Assembly (NCBI RefSeq): GCF_963921235.1
Contig: NC_086097.1
Coordinates: forward strand, 182,654,001 to 182,718,000
Length of the DNA: 64,000 nucleotides
Direction of reading: 5' to 3'
From: Mobula hypostoma
Taxonomy: Eukaryota
Under the pieces are notes generated by a model. It had not been told where the DNA came from, did not search any database, and was given only the letters and a program-made list of their open reading frames with translations. Each line of letters starts with the position of its first letter. Positions within the stretch are counted from its first letter, which is position 1. This document shows positions 50,401 through 64,000 of the stretch, in pieces. Both the position numbers and the translations under genes were made by a program.

Positions 50401-53400
50401 TCACACTGTTGGAGGATGTACTGAGGGAGAGTCACACTGTTGGAGTGGCGGTACTGAGGGAGAGTCACACTGTTGGAGGGACGGTACTGAGGGAGAGTCA
50501 CACTGTCAGAGTGGTGTACTGAGGGAGAGTCACACTGTTGGAGGGGACTGAGGGATAGTCACACTGTCAGAGTGGTGTACTGAGGGTGAGTCACACTGTT
50601 GGCGTGTGTAACTGAGGGAGAGTCACACTGTTGGCGGCGGATTGAGGGAGGGTGACAATTTTGGAGGGGTAGTACTGAGGGAGAGTCACACTGTTGGATG
50701 GGCGGTACTAAGGGAGAGTGACACTGTTGGAGGGGTGTACTGAAGGAGAGTCACACGGTTGGAGGGGTGTACATGAGGGAGAGTCACACTGTTGGAGTGG
50801 TGTGCTGAGGGAGTGTCACAGTGTTGGATGGGCGGTACTGAGGGAGAGTCACACTGTGGGAGTGGTGTACTGAGGGAGAGTCACACTGTTGGAGGGGTGG
50901 CACTGAGGGAGATTCATACTGTTGGATGGGCGGTACTGAGGGAGCGTCACACTGTTGTAGTAGTGTATAGAGGGAGAGTCACACTGTTGGAGTTGTGGTA
51001 CTGAGGAAGAGTCACGCTATTGGAGTGGTGGTACTGAGGAAGAGTCACACTGTTGGAATGGAGGTACTGAGGTAGAGTCACACTGTTGGAGTGGTGTACT
51101 GAGGGGGTGTCACAGTGTTGGAGTGGTGGTATTGAGGGAGAGTCACACTGTTGGAGTGGTGGTACTGAGGGAGAGTCACACTGTTGGAGGGGCAGTACTG
51201 AGGGAGAGTCACACTGTTGGAGTGGTGGTACTGAGGGAGAGTCACACTGTTGGATGGGCGGTACTAAGGGAGAGTCACACTGTTGGAGGGGTTTACATGA
51301 GGGAGAGTCACACTGTTGGAGTGTGGTACTGAGGGAGTGACACACTTGAAGCGGTGTAACTGAGCGAGAGTCACACTGTTAGAGGGGGACTGAGGGAGAG
51401 TCACACTGTTGGCATGTGTAACTGAGGGAGAGTCACACTGTTGGAGGGGGACTGAGGGAGAGTCACGCTATCAGAGTGGTGTACTGAGGGAGTGTCACAG
51501 TGTTGGAGTGGTGGTACTGAGGGAGAGTCACACTGTTGGAGCGACGGTACTGAGGGAGAGTCACACTGTTGTAAGGGTGTAACTGAGGGAGAATCACACT
51601 GTTGGAGTAGTTGTACTGAGGGAGAGTCACACTGTTGGAGGGTGTACTGAGGGAGAGTCACACTGTTGGAGTGGCGGTACTGAGGGAGAGTCACACTGTT
51701 GGAGGGACGGTACTGAGGGAGAGTCACACTGTCAGAGTGGTGTACTGAGGGTGAGTCACACTGTTGGCGTGTGTAACTGAGGGAGAGTCACACTGTTGGC
51801 GGCGGATTGAGGGAGGGTGACAATTTTGGAGGGGTGGGACTGAGGGAGAGTTACACTGTTGGATGGACGGTACTGAGGGAGAGTCACACTGTCGGAAGGG
51901 TGTAACTGAGAGAGAGTCACACTGTTCGAGTGGTGTACTGAGGGACAGTCACACTTTTGGAGGGGTAGTACTGAGGGAGAGTCACACTGTTGGATGGGCG
52001 GTACTAAGGGAGAGTGACACTGTTGGAGGGGTGTACTGAAGGAGAGTCACACGGTTGGAGGGGTGTACATGAGGGAGAGTCACACTGTTGGAGTGGTGTG
52101 CTGAGGGAGTGTCACAGTGTTGGATGGGCGGTACTGAGGGAGAGTCACACTGTGGGAGTGGTGTACTGAGGTAGAGTCACACTGATGGAGGGACGGTACT
52201 GAGGGAGTGTCACACTGTTGGAGTGGTGTACTGAGGGGGTGTCACAGTGTTGGAGTGGTGGTACTGAGGGAGAGTCACACTGTTGGGGTGGTACTGAGGG
52301 AGAGTCACACTGTTGGAGGGACGGTACTGAGGGAGAGTCACACTGTCAGAGTGGTGTACTGAGGGTGAGTCACACTGTTGGCGTGTGTAACTGAGGGAGA
52401 GTCACACTGTTGGCGGCGGATTGAGGGAGGGTGACAATTTTGGAGGGGTGGGACTGAGGGAGAGTTACACTGTTGGATGGACGGTACTGAGGGAGAGTCA
52501 CACTGTCGGAAGGGTGTAACTGAGAGAGAGTCACACTGTTCGAGTGGTGTACTGAGGGACAGTCACACTTTTGGAGGGGTAGTACTGAGGGAGAGTCACA
52601 CTGTTGGATGGGCGGTACTAAGGGAGAGTGACACTGTTGGAGGGGTGTACTGAAGGAGAGTCACACGGTTGGAGGGGTGTACATGAGGGAGAGTCACACT
52701 GTTGGAGTGGTGTGCTGAGGGAGTGTCACAGTGTTGGATGGGCGGTACTGAGGGAGAGTCACACTGTGGGAGTGGTGTACTGAGGGAGCGTCACACTGTT
52801 GGAGTAGTGTATAGAGGGAGAGTCACACTGTTGGAGTTGTGGTACTGAGGAAGAGTCACGCTATTGGAGTGGTGGTACTGAGGGAGTGTCACACTGTGGG
52901 AGTGGTGGTACTGAGGGAGAGTCACACTGCGGGAGGGGCGGGACTGAGGGAGAGTCACACTGTTCGAGGGGTGCAACGGAGGGAGAGTCACACTGTTAGA
53001 GGGATGGTACTGAGGGAGAGTCACACTATTCGAGGGGTGCAATGGAGGGAGAGTCACACTGTGGGAGTGGTGGGACTGAGGGAGAGTCACACTGTTCGAG
53101 TGGTGTACTGAGGGAGAGACACATTGTGGGAGTAGTGGTACTGAGGGAGTGACACATTGTTGGAGGGACGGTACTGAGGGAGAGACACACTATTGAAATG
53201 GTGGTACTGAGGAAGAGTCACACTGTGGGAGTGGCGGTACTAAGGGAGAGTCACACTGTTGGAGGGGGATTGAGGGAGGGTCACACTGTTGGAGTGTGTA
53301 ACTGAGGGAGAGTCACATTGTTGGAGTGTGTAACTGAGGGAGAGTCACACTGTTGGAGGGGTGGGACTGAGGGAGAGTCACACTGTTGGAGTGGCGGAAC

Positions 53401-56400
53401 TGAGGGAGAGTCACACTGTTGCAGTGGTGTACTGAGGGAGAGACACATTGTGGGAGTGGCGGTACTGAGGGAGAGTCACACTGTTGGAGGGGGACTGAGG
53501 GAGAGTCACACTGTTGGAGGGGGACTGAGGGAGTGTCACACTGTTGGAGTGTGTAACTGAGGGAGAGTCACACTGTTGGAGTGGTGTACTGAGGGAGAGT
53601 TACAGTGTTGGAGGGGGACTGAGGGAGGGTCACACTGTTGGAGGGTGGGACTGAGGTAGAGTCACACTGTTGGAGTGGCGGAACTGAGGGAGAGTCACAC
53701 TGTTTGAGGGCTGCAACTGAGGGAGAGTTACACTGTGGGAGTGGTGGGACTGAGGGAGAGACACTGTGGGAGTGGTGTACTGAGGGAGAGTCACATTGCG
53801 GGAGGGGTGGTACTGAGGGAGTGTCACACTGTGGGAGTGGCGGAACTGAGGGAGAGTCACACTGTTGGAGGATGTACTGAGGGAGAGTCACACTGTTTGA
53901 GGGGTGCAACTGAGGGAGAGTTACACTGTGGGAGTGGTGGGACTGAGGGAGAGACACTGTGGGAGTGGTGTACTGAGGGAGAGTCACATTGCGGGAGGGG
54001 TGGTACTGAGGGAGTGTCACACTGTGGGAGTGGCGGAACTGAGGGAGAGTCACACTGTTGGACTGGTGTAACTGAGAGAGAGTCACACAATTGGAGTGGC
54101 GGTACTGAGGGAGAGTCACACTGTTGGAGTGGCGGAATTGAGGGAGAGTAACATTGCGGGAGGGTTGGTACTGAGGGAGAGTCACACTGTTGGAGGGGTG
54201 TAACTGAGGGAGAGTCACACTGTTGGAGTGGTGGTACTGAGGAAGAGTCACGCTATTGGAGTGGTGGTACTGAGGGAGTGTCAGTGTTGGAGTGGTGGTA
54301 CTGAGAGAGAGTCATACTGTTGGAGGGGCAGTACTGAGGGAGAGTCACACTGTTGGCATGTGTAACTGAGGGAGAGTCACACTGTTGGAGGGGTGGGACT
54401 GAGGGAGTGTCACACTGTTGCAGGGACGGTACAGAGGGAGTGTCACACTGTTGGAGTGGTGGTACTGAGGGAGTGACACACTGTTGGATGGGCGGTACTA
54501 AGGGAGAGTCACACTGTTGTAGGGGTGGTCTGAAGGAGAGTCACACGGTTGGAGGCGTGTACATGAGAGAGAGTCACACTGTTGGAGTGGTGTGCTGAGG
54601 GAGAGTCACAGTGTTTGATGGGCGGTACTGAGGGAGAGTCACACTGTGGGAGTAGTGTATAGAGGGAGAGTCACACTGTTGGAGTGGTGGTACTGAGGGA
54701 GAGTCACACTGTTGGAGTGGTGTACTGAGGGAGTGTCACAGTGTTGGAGTGGTGGTACTGAGAGAGAGTCACACTGTTGGAGGGGCAGTACTGAGGGAGT
54801 GTCACAGTGTTGGAGTGGTGGTACTGAGAGAGAGTCATACTGTTGGAGGGGCAGTACTGAGGGAGTGGAGGGGTGGTACTGAGGGAGTGTCACACTGTGG
54901 GAGTGGCGGAACTGAGGGAGAGTCACACTGTTGGAGTGGTGTAACTGAGAGAGAGTCACACAATTGGAGTGGCGGTACTGAGGGAGAGTCACACTGTTGG
55001 AGTGGCGGAATTGAGGGAGAGTAACATTGCGGGAGGGTTGGTACTGAGGGAGAGTCACACTGTTGGAGGGGTGTAACTGAGGGAGAGTCACACTGTTGGA
55101 GTGGTGGTACTGAGGAAGAGTCACGCTATTGGAGTGGTGGTACTGAGGGAGTGTCTCACTGTTGGAGTGGTGTACTGAGGGGGTGTCACAGTGTTGGAGT
55201 GGTGGTACTGAGGGAGAGTCACACTGTTGGAGTGGTGGTACTGAGGGAGAGTCACACTGTTGGATGGGCGGTACTAAGGGAGAGTCACACTGTTGGAGGG
55301 GTGTACTGAAGGAGAGTCACACGGTTGGAGGGGTTTACATGAGGGAGAGTCACACTGTTGGAGTGTGGTACTGAGGGAGTGACACACTTGAAGCGGTGTA
55401 ACTGAGCGAGAGTCACACTGTCGGAGTGCTGTACTGAGGGAGAGTCACGCTGTCTGTGTGGTGTACTGAGGGAGAGTCACACTGTTGGCATGTGTAACAG
55501 AGGGAGAGTTACACGGTTGGAGGGGGACTAAGGGAGGGTCACACTGTTGGAGGGAAGGGACTGAGGGAGAGTCACACTGTTGGCATGTGTAACTGAGGGA
55601 GAGTCACACTGTTGGAGGGGGACTGAGGGAGGGTCACACTGTTGGAGGGACGGGACTGAATGAGAGTCACACTGTTGGAAGAGTGTAACTGAGGGAGAGT
55701 CACACTGTTGGAGTGGTGGTACTGAGGGAGAGTCACATTGTTGAAGGGGCGGTACTGAGCGAGTGTCACAGTGTCGGAGGGTGTACTGAGGGAGAGTCAC
55801 ACTGTCGGAGTGGAGTACTGACGGAGAGTCACACTGTTGGCGTGTGTAACTGAGGGAGAGTCACACTGATGGAGGGGTGGTACTGAGCGAGAGGCACACT
55901 GTTGGAGGGGGACTGAGGGAGGGTCACATTGTTGGAGGGTTGGGACTGAGGGAGAGTCACACTGTTGTAAGGGTGTAACTGAGGGAGAATCACACTGTTG
56001 GAGGGTGTACTGAGGGAGAGTCACACTGTTGGAGTGGCGGTACTGAGGGAGAGTCACACTGTTGGAGGGTGTACTGAGGGAGAGTCACACTGTTGGAGGG
56101 ACGGTACTAAGGGAGAGTGACACTGTTGGAGGGGTGTACTGAAGGAGAGTCACACGGTTGGAGGGGTGTACATGAGGGAGAGTCACACTGTGGGAGTGGT
56201 GTACTGAGGGAGAGTCACACTGTTGGAGGGGTGGCACTGAGGGAGATTCATACTGTTGGATGGGCGGTACTGAGGGAGCGTCACACTGTTGTAGTAGTGT
56301 ATAGAGGGAGAGTCACACTGTTGGAGTTGTGGCACTGAGGGAGTGTCACACTGTGGGAGTGGTGGTACTGAGGGAGAGTCACACTGTTGTAGTAGTGTAT

Positions 56401-59400
56401 AGAGGGAGAGTCACACTGTTGGAGTTGTGGTACTGAGGAAGAGTCACGCTATTGGAGTGGTGGTACTGAGGGAGTGTCACACTGTGGGAGTGGTGGTACT
56501 GAGGGAGAGTCACACTGATGGAGGGACGGTACTGAGGGAGTGTCACACTGTTGGAGTGGTGTACTGAGGGGGTGTCACAGTGTTGGTGTGGTGGTACTGA
56601 GGGAGAGTCACACTGTTGGAGGGGCAGTACTGAGGGAGAGTCACACTGTTGGAGTGGTGGTACTGAGGGAGAGTCACACTGTTGGATGGGCGGTACTAAG
56701 GGAGAGTCACACTGTTGGAGGGGTGTACTGAAGGAGAGTCACACGGTTGGAGGGGTTTACATGAGGGAGAGTCACACTGTTGGAGTGTGGTACTGAGGGA
56801 GTGACACACTTGAAGCGGTGTAACTGAGCGAGAGTCACACTGTTAGAGGGGGACTTAGGGAGAGTCACACTGTTGGCATGTGTAACTGAGGGAGAGTCAC
56901 ACTGTTGGAGGGGGACTGAGGGAGAGTCACGCTATCAGAGTGGTGTACTGAGGGAGTGTCACAGTGTTGGAGTGGTGGTACTGAGGGAGAGTCACACTGT
57001 TGGAGCGACGGTACTGAGGGAGAGTCACACTGTTGTAAGGGTGTAACTGAGGGAGAATCACACTGTTGGAGTAGTTGTACTGAGGGAGAGTCACACTGTT
57101 GGAGGGTGTACTGAGGGAGAGTCACACTGTTGGAGTGGCGGTACTGAGGGAGAGTCACACTGTTGGAGGGACGGTACTGAGGGAGAGTCACACTGTCAGA
57201 GTGGTGTACTGAGGGTGAGTCACACTGTTGGCGTGTGTAACTGAGGGAGAGTCACACTGTTGGCGGCGGATTGAGGGAGGGTGACAATTTTGGAGGGGTG
57301 GGACTGAGGGAGAGTTACACTGTTGGATGGACGGTACTGAGGGAGAGTCACACTGTCGGAAGGGTGTAACTGAGAGAGAGTCACACTGTTCGAGTGGTGT
57401 ACTGAGGGACAGTCACACTTTTGGAGGGGTAGTACTGAGGGAGAGTCACACTGTTGGATGGGCGGTACTAAGGGAGAGTGACACTGTTGGAGGGGTGTAC
57501 TGAAGGAGAGTCACACGGTTGGAGGGGTGTACATGAGGGAGAGTCACACTGTTGGAGTGGTGTGCTGAGGGAGTGTCACAGTGTTGGATGGGCGGTACTG
57601 AGGGAGAGTCACACTGTGGGAGTGGTGTACTGAGGTAGAGTCACACTGATGGAGGGACGGTACTGAGGGAGTGTCACACTGTTGGAGTGGTGTACTGAGG
57701 GGGTGTCACAGTGTTGGAGTGGTGGTACTGAGGGAGAGTCACACTGTTGGGGTGGTACTGAGGGAGAGTCACACTGTTGGAGTGGTGGTACTGAGGGAGA
57801 GTCACACTGTTGGATGGGCGGTACTAAGGGAGAGTCACACTGTTGGAGGGGTGTACTGAAGGAGAGTCACACGGTTGGAGGGGTTTACATGAGGGAGAGT
57901 CACACTGTTGGAGTGTGGTACTGAGGGAGTGACACACTTGAAGCGGTGTAACTGAGCGAGAGTCACACTGTTAGAGGGGTGTACAGAGGGAGAGTCACAC
58001 TGTTGGAGTGGTGGTACTGAGGGAGTGACACACTGTTGGATGGGCGGTACTAAGGGAGAGTCACACTGTAGTAGGGGTGGTCTGAAGGAGAGTCACACGG
58101 TTGGAGGGGTGTACATGAGAGAGTCACACTGTTGGAGTGGTGTGCTGAGGGAGAGTCACAGTGTTTGATGGGCGGTACTGAGGGAGAGTCACACTGTGGG
58201 AGTAGTGTATTGAGGGAGAGTCACACTGTTGGAGTGGTGGTACTGAGGGAGTGTCACACTGTTGGAGTAGTGTACTGAGGGAGTGTCACAGTGTTGGAGT
58301 GGTGGTACTGAGGGAGAGTCACACTGTTGGAGGGGTGTACTGAAGGAGAGTCACACGGTTGGAGGGGTTTACATGAGGGAGAGTCACACTGTTGGAGTGT
58401 GGTACTGAGGGAGTGACACACTTGAAGCGGTGTAACTGAGCGAGAGTCACACTGTTAGAGGGGGACTGAGGGAGAGTCACACTGTTGGCATGTGTAACTG
58501 AGGGAGAGTCACACTGTTGGAGGGGTGGTACTGAGGGAGAGTCACACTGTTGCAGGGACGGTACAGAGGGAGTGTCACACTGTTGGAGTGGTGGTACTGA
58601 GGGAGTGACACACTGTTGGATGGGCGGTACTAAGGGAGAGTCACACTGTTGTAGGGGTGGTCTGAAGGAGAGTCACACGGTTGGAGGCGTGTACATGAGA
58701 GAGAGTCACACTGTTGGAGTGGTGTGCTGAGGGAGAGTCACACTGTTGGAGTGGTGGTACTGAGGGAGTGACACACTGTTGGATGGGCGGTACTAAGGGA
58801 GAGTCACACTGTAGTAGGGGTGGTCTGAAGGAGAGTCACACGGTTGGAGGGGTGTACATGAGAGAGTCACACTGTTAGAGGGGTGTACAGAGGGAGAGTC
58901 ACACTGTTGGAGTGGTGGTACTGAGGGAGTGACACACTGTTGGATGGGCGGTACTAAGGGAGAGTCACACTGTAGTAGGGGTGGTCTGAAGGAGAGTCAC
59001 ACGGTTGGAGGCGTGTACATGAGAGAGAGTCACACTGTTGGAGTGGTGTGCTGAGGGAGAGTCACAGTGTTTGATGGGCGGTACTGAGGGAGAGTCACAC
59101 TGTGGGAGTAGTGTATAGAGGGAGAGTCACACTGTTGGAGTGGTGGTACTGAGGAAGAGTCACGCTATTGGAGTGGTGGTACTGAGGGAGAGTCACACTG
59201 TTGGAGTGGTGTACTGAGGGAGTGTCACAGTGTTGGAGTGGTGGTACTGTGAGAGAGTCACACTGTTGGAGGGGCAGTACTGAGGGAGTGTCACAGTGTT
59301 GGAGTGGTGGTACTGAGAGAGAGTCATACTGTTGGAGGGGCAGTACTGAGGGAGTGGAGGTGTGGTACTGAGGGAGTGTCACACTGTGGGAGTGGCGGAA

Positions 59401-62400
59401 CTGAGGGAGAGTCACACTGTTGGAGTGGTGTAACTGAGAGAGAGTCACACAATTGGAGTGGCGGTACTGAGGGAGAGTCACACTGTTGGAGTGGCGGAAT
59501 TGAGGGAGAGTAACATTGCGGGAGGGTTGGTACTGAGGGAGAGTCACACTGTTGGAGGGGTGTAACTGAGGGAGAGTCACACTGTTGGAGTGGTGGTACT
59601 GAGGAAGAGTCACGCTATTGGAGTGGTGGTACTGAGGGAGTGTCTCACTGTTGGAGTGGTGTACTGAGGGGGTGTCACAGTGTTGGAGTGGTGGTACTGA
59701 GGGAGAGTCACACTGTTGGAGGGGCAGTACTGAGGGAGAGTCACACTGTTGGAGTGGTGGTACTGAGGGAGAGTCACACTGTTGGATGGGCGGTACTAAG
59801 GGAGAGTCACACTGTTGGAGGGGTGTACTGAAGGAGAATCACACGGTTGGAGGGGTTTACATGAGGGAGAGTCACACTGTTGGAGTGTGGTACTGAGGGA
59901 GTGACACACTTGAAGCGGTGTAACTGAGCGAGAGTCACACTGTCGGAGTGCTGTACTGAGGGAGAGTCACGCTGTCTGTGTGGTGTACTGAGGGAGAGTC
60001 ACACTGTTGGCATGTGTAACAGAGGGAGAGTTACACGGTTGGAGGGGGACTAAGGGAGGGTCACACTGTTGGAGGGACGGGACTGAGGGAGAGTCACACT
60101 GTTGGCATGTGTAACTGAGGGAGAGTCACACTGTTGGAGGGGGACTGAGGGAGGGTCACACTGTTGGAGGGACGGGACTGAATGAGAGTCACACTGTTGG
60201 AAGAGTGTAACTGAGGGAGAGTCACACTGTTGGAGTGGTGGTACTGAGGGAGAGTCACATTGTTGAAGGGGCGGTACTGAGCGAGTGTCACAGTGTCGGA
60301 GGGTGTACTGACGGAGAGTCACACTGTTGGCGTGTGTAACTGAGGGAGAGTCACACTGATGGAGGGGTGGTACTGAGCGAGAGGCACACTGTTGGAGGGG
60401 GACTGAGGGAGGGTCACATTGTTGGAGGGTTGGGACTGAGGGAGAGTCACACTGTTGTAAGGGTGTAACTGAGGGAGAATCACACTGTTGGAGGGTGTAC
60501 TGAGGGAGAGTCACACTGTTGGAGTGGCGGTACTGAGGGAGAGTCACACTGTTGGAGGGACGGTACTAAGGGAGAGTGACACTGTTGGAGGGGTGTACTG
60601 AAGGAGAGTCACACGGTTCGAGGGGTGTACATGAGGGAGAGTCACACTGTGGGAGTGGTGTACTGAGGGAGAGTCACACTGTTGGAGGGGTGGCACTGAG
60701 GGAGATTCATACTGTTGGATGGGCGGTATTGAGGGAGCGTCACACTGTTGTAGTAGTGTATAGAGGGAGAGTCACACTGTTGGAGTTGTGGCACTGAGGG
60801 AGTGTCACACTGTGGGAGTGGTGGTACTGAGGGAGAGTCACACTGTTGTAGTAGTGTATAGAGGGAGAGTCACACTGTTGGAGTTGTGGTACTGAGGAAG
60901 AGTCACGCTATTGGAGTGGTGGTACTGAGGGAGTGTCACACTGTGGGAGTGGTGGTACTGAGGGAGAGTCACACTGCGGGAGGGGCGGGACTGAGGGAGA
61001 GTCACACTGTTCGAGGGGTGCAACGGAGGGAGAGTCACACTGTTAGAGGGATGGTACTGAGGGAGAATCACACTATTCGAGGGGTGCAATGGAGGGAGAG
61101 TCACACTGTGGGAGTGGTGGGACTGAGGGAGAGTCACACTGTTCGAGTGGTGTACTGAGGGAGAGACACATTGTGGGAGTAGTGGTACTGAGGGAGTGAC
61201 ACATTGTTGGAGGGACGGTACTGAGGGAGTGTCACACTGTTGGAGTGGTGTACTGAGGGGGTGTCACAGTGTTGGAGTGGTGGTACTGAGGGAGAGTCAC
61301 ACTGTTGGAGGGGCAGTACTGAGGGAGAGTCACACTGTTGGAGTGGTGGTACTGAGGGAGAGTCACACTGTTGGATGGGCGGTACTAAGGGAGAGTCACA
61401 CTGTTGGAGGGGTGTACTGAAGGAGAGTCACACGGTTGGAGGGGTTTACATGAGGGAGAGTCACACTGTTGGAGTGTGGTACTGAGGGAGTGACACACTT
61501 GAAGCGGTGTAACTGAGCGAGAGTCACACTGTTAGAGGGGGACTTAGGGAGAGTCACACTGTTGGCATGTGTAACTGAGGGAGAGTCACACTGTTGGAGG
61601 GGGACTGAGGGAGAGTCACGCTATCAGAGTGGTGTACTGAGGGAGTGTCACAGTGTTGGAGTGGTGGTACTGAGGGAGAGTCACACTGTTGGAGCGACGG
61701 TACTGAGGGAGAGTCACACTGTTGTAAGGGTGTAACTGAGGGAGAATCACACTGTTGGAGTAGTTGTACTGAGGGAGAGTCACACTGTTGGAGGGTGTAC
61801 TGAGGGAGAGTCACACTGTTGGAGTGGCGGTACTGAGGGAGAGTCACACTGTTGGAGGGACGGTACTGAGGGAGAGTCACACTGTCAGAGTGGTGTACTG
61901 AGGGTGAGTCACACTGTTGGCGTGTGTAACTGAGGGAGAGTCACACTGTTGGCGGCGGATTGAGGGAGGGTGACAATTTTGGAGGGGTGGGACTGAGGGA
62001 GAGTTACACTGTTGGATGGACGGTACTGAGGGAGAGTCACACTGTCGGAAGGGTGTAACTGAGAGAGAGTCACACTGTTCGAGTGGTGTACTGAGGGACA
62101 GTCACACTTTTGGAGGGGTAGTACTGAGGGAGAGTCACACTGTTGGATGGGCGGTACTAAGGGAGAGTGACACTGTTGGAGGGGTGTACTGAAGGAGAGT
62201 CACACGGTTGGAGGGGTGTACATGAGGGAGAGTCACACTGTTGGAGTGGTGTGCTGAGGGAGTGTCACAGTGTTGGATGGGCGGTACTGAGGGAGAGTCA
62301 CACTGTGGGAGTGGTGTACTGAGGTAGAGTCACACTGATGGAGGGACGGTACTGAGGGAGTGTCACACTGTTGGAGTGGTGTACTGAGGGGGTGTCACAG

Positions 62401-64000
62401 TGTTGGAGTGGTGGTACTGAGGGAGAGTCACATTGTTGGGGTGGTACTGAGGGAGAGTCACACTGTTGGAGTGGTGGTACTGAGGGAGAGTCACACTGTT
62501 GGATGGGCGGTACTAAGGGAGAGTCACACTGTTGGAGGGGTGTACTGAAGGAGAGTCACACGGTTGGAGGGGTTTACATGAGGGAGAGTCACACTGTTGG
62601 GGTGTGGTACTGAGGGAGTGACACACTTGAAGCGGTGTAACTGAGCGAGAGTCACACTGTTAGAGGGGTGTACAGAGGGAGAGTCACACTGTTGGAGTGG
62701 TGGTACTGAGGGAGTGACACACTGTTGGATGGGCGGTACTAAGGGAGAGTCACACTGTAGTAGGGGTGGTCTGAAGGAGAGTCACACGGTTGGAGGGGTG
62801 TACATGAGAGAGTCATACTGTTGGAGTGGTGTGCTGAGGGAGAGTCACAGTGTTTGATGGGCGGTACTGAGGGAGAGTCACACTGTGGGAGTAGTGTATA
62901 GAGGGAGAGTCACACTGTTGGAGTGGTGGTACTGAGGAAGAGTCACGCTATTGGAGTGGTGGTACTGAGGGAGTGTCACACTGTTGGAGTGGTGTACTGA
63001 GGGAGTGTCACAGTGTTGGAGTGGTGGTACTGAGGGAGAGTCACACTGTTGGATGGGCGGTACTAAGGGAGAGTCACACTGTTGGAGGGGTGTACTGAAG
63101 GAGAGTCACACGGTTGGAGGGGTTTACATGAGGGAGAGTCACACTGTTGGAGTGTGGTACTGAGGGAGTGACACACTTGAAGCGGTGTAACTGAGCGAGA
63201 GTCACACTGTTAGAGGGGGACTGAGGGAGAGTCACACTGTTGGCATGTGTAACTGAGGGAGAGTCACACTGTTGGAGGGGTGGTACTGAGGGAGAGTCAC
63301 ACTGTTGCAGGGACGGTACAGAGGGAGTGTCACACTGTTGGAGTGGTGGTACTGAGGGAGTGACACACTGTTGGATGGGCGGTACTAAGGGAGAGTCACA
63401 CTGTTGTAGGGGTGGTCTGAAGGAGAGTCACACGGTTGGAGGCGTGTACATGAGAGAGAGTCACACTGTTGGAGTGGTGTGCTGAGGGAGAGTCACAGTG
63501 TTTGATGGGCGGTACTGAGGGAGAGTCACACTGTGGGAGTAGTGTATAGAGGGAGAGTCACACTGTTGGAGTGGTGGTACTGAGGAAGAGTCACGCTATT
63601 GGAGTGGTGGTACTGAGGGAGTGTCAAACTGTTGGAGTGGTGGTACTGAGGGAGAGTCACACTGTCGGAGGGGCAGTACTGAGGAAGTGTCACAGTGTTG
63701 GAGTGGTGGTACTGAGAGAGAGTCACACTGTTGGAGGGGCAGTACTGAGGGAGAGTCACAGTGTTGGAGTGGTGGTACTGAGGGAGAGTCACGCTGTTGG
63801 ATGGGCGGTACTAAGGGAGAGTTACACTGTTGGAGGGGTTTACATGAGGGAGAGTCACACTGTTGGAGCGGTGGTACTGAGGGAGTGACACACTTGAAGC
63901 GGTGCAACTGAGCGAGAGTCACACTGTTAGAGGGGGACTGAGGGAGAGTCACACTGTTGGAGTGGTGGTACTGAGGGAGTGACACACTTGAAGCGGTGTA
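47440..64000 (+). repeat. Same minisatellite expanded to >16.5 kb with higher-order blocks, in AOC1 copy 2 intron 2 (runs off the window)
   Basis: Same unit, preceded by the same unique flank as copy 1 (aaacctccaacagcc..aggataataaggtccc). Confidence 0.97.

Noticed and set aside
50587..50593. AP-1 site array in the satellite (TGAGTCA variants)
   Set aside because: Most monomers carry AGAGTCA, not the consensus. The few perfect sites are expected from single substitutions, and there is no functional evidence.
47342..63985. Dozens of ORFs with ESHCW / SVTLPQ repeats
   Set aside because: These are translations of the minisatellite in all frames, with frequent frame changes and no splice or homology support.
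47440..64000. CRISPR-like look (conserved ~24 nt core plus variable segment), also at 10158-12642
   Set aside because: The variable parts are only ~8-11 nt, related to each other and recurrent rather than unique spacers. No cas genes, and the context is a vertebrate intron.

Overview
Eukaryotic, repeat-rich vertebrate DNA. The CR1/V-SINE/Gypsy repeat content suggests a cartilaginous fish (inference). The window holds two tandem minus-strand copies of the copper/TPQ diamine oxidase gene AOC1. Copy 1 has coding exons 2-4 in view (14709-13161, 3731-3443, 1257-1125) and its last exon is left of the window. Copy 2 has exons 3-5 in view (45264-44976, 41635-41503, 40309-40043) and its large exon 2 would lie right of the window. 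Between them, on the + strand and tail-to-tail with copy 2, are two exons homologous to the C-terminal coiled-coil exons of the ERG potassium channel KCNH2, with no channel-core exons visible. The two AOC1 copies are near-identical from intron 4 through exon 3 but clearly diverged in intron 2, which suggests gene conversion. They differ by a CR1 LINE insertion (copy 1) and an L1-like insertion (copy 2), each with the empty site visible in the other copy. They also differ in a ~32-33 bp intronic minisatellite: ~2.5 kb in copy 1 versus >16.5 kb with higher-order structure in copy 2. Also present are an internally deleted Gmr1-like Gypsy LTR element nested in another LTR-like sequence and many LINE/SINE fragments. 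No prokaryotic system or CRISPR array is supported.
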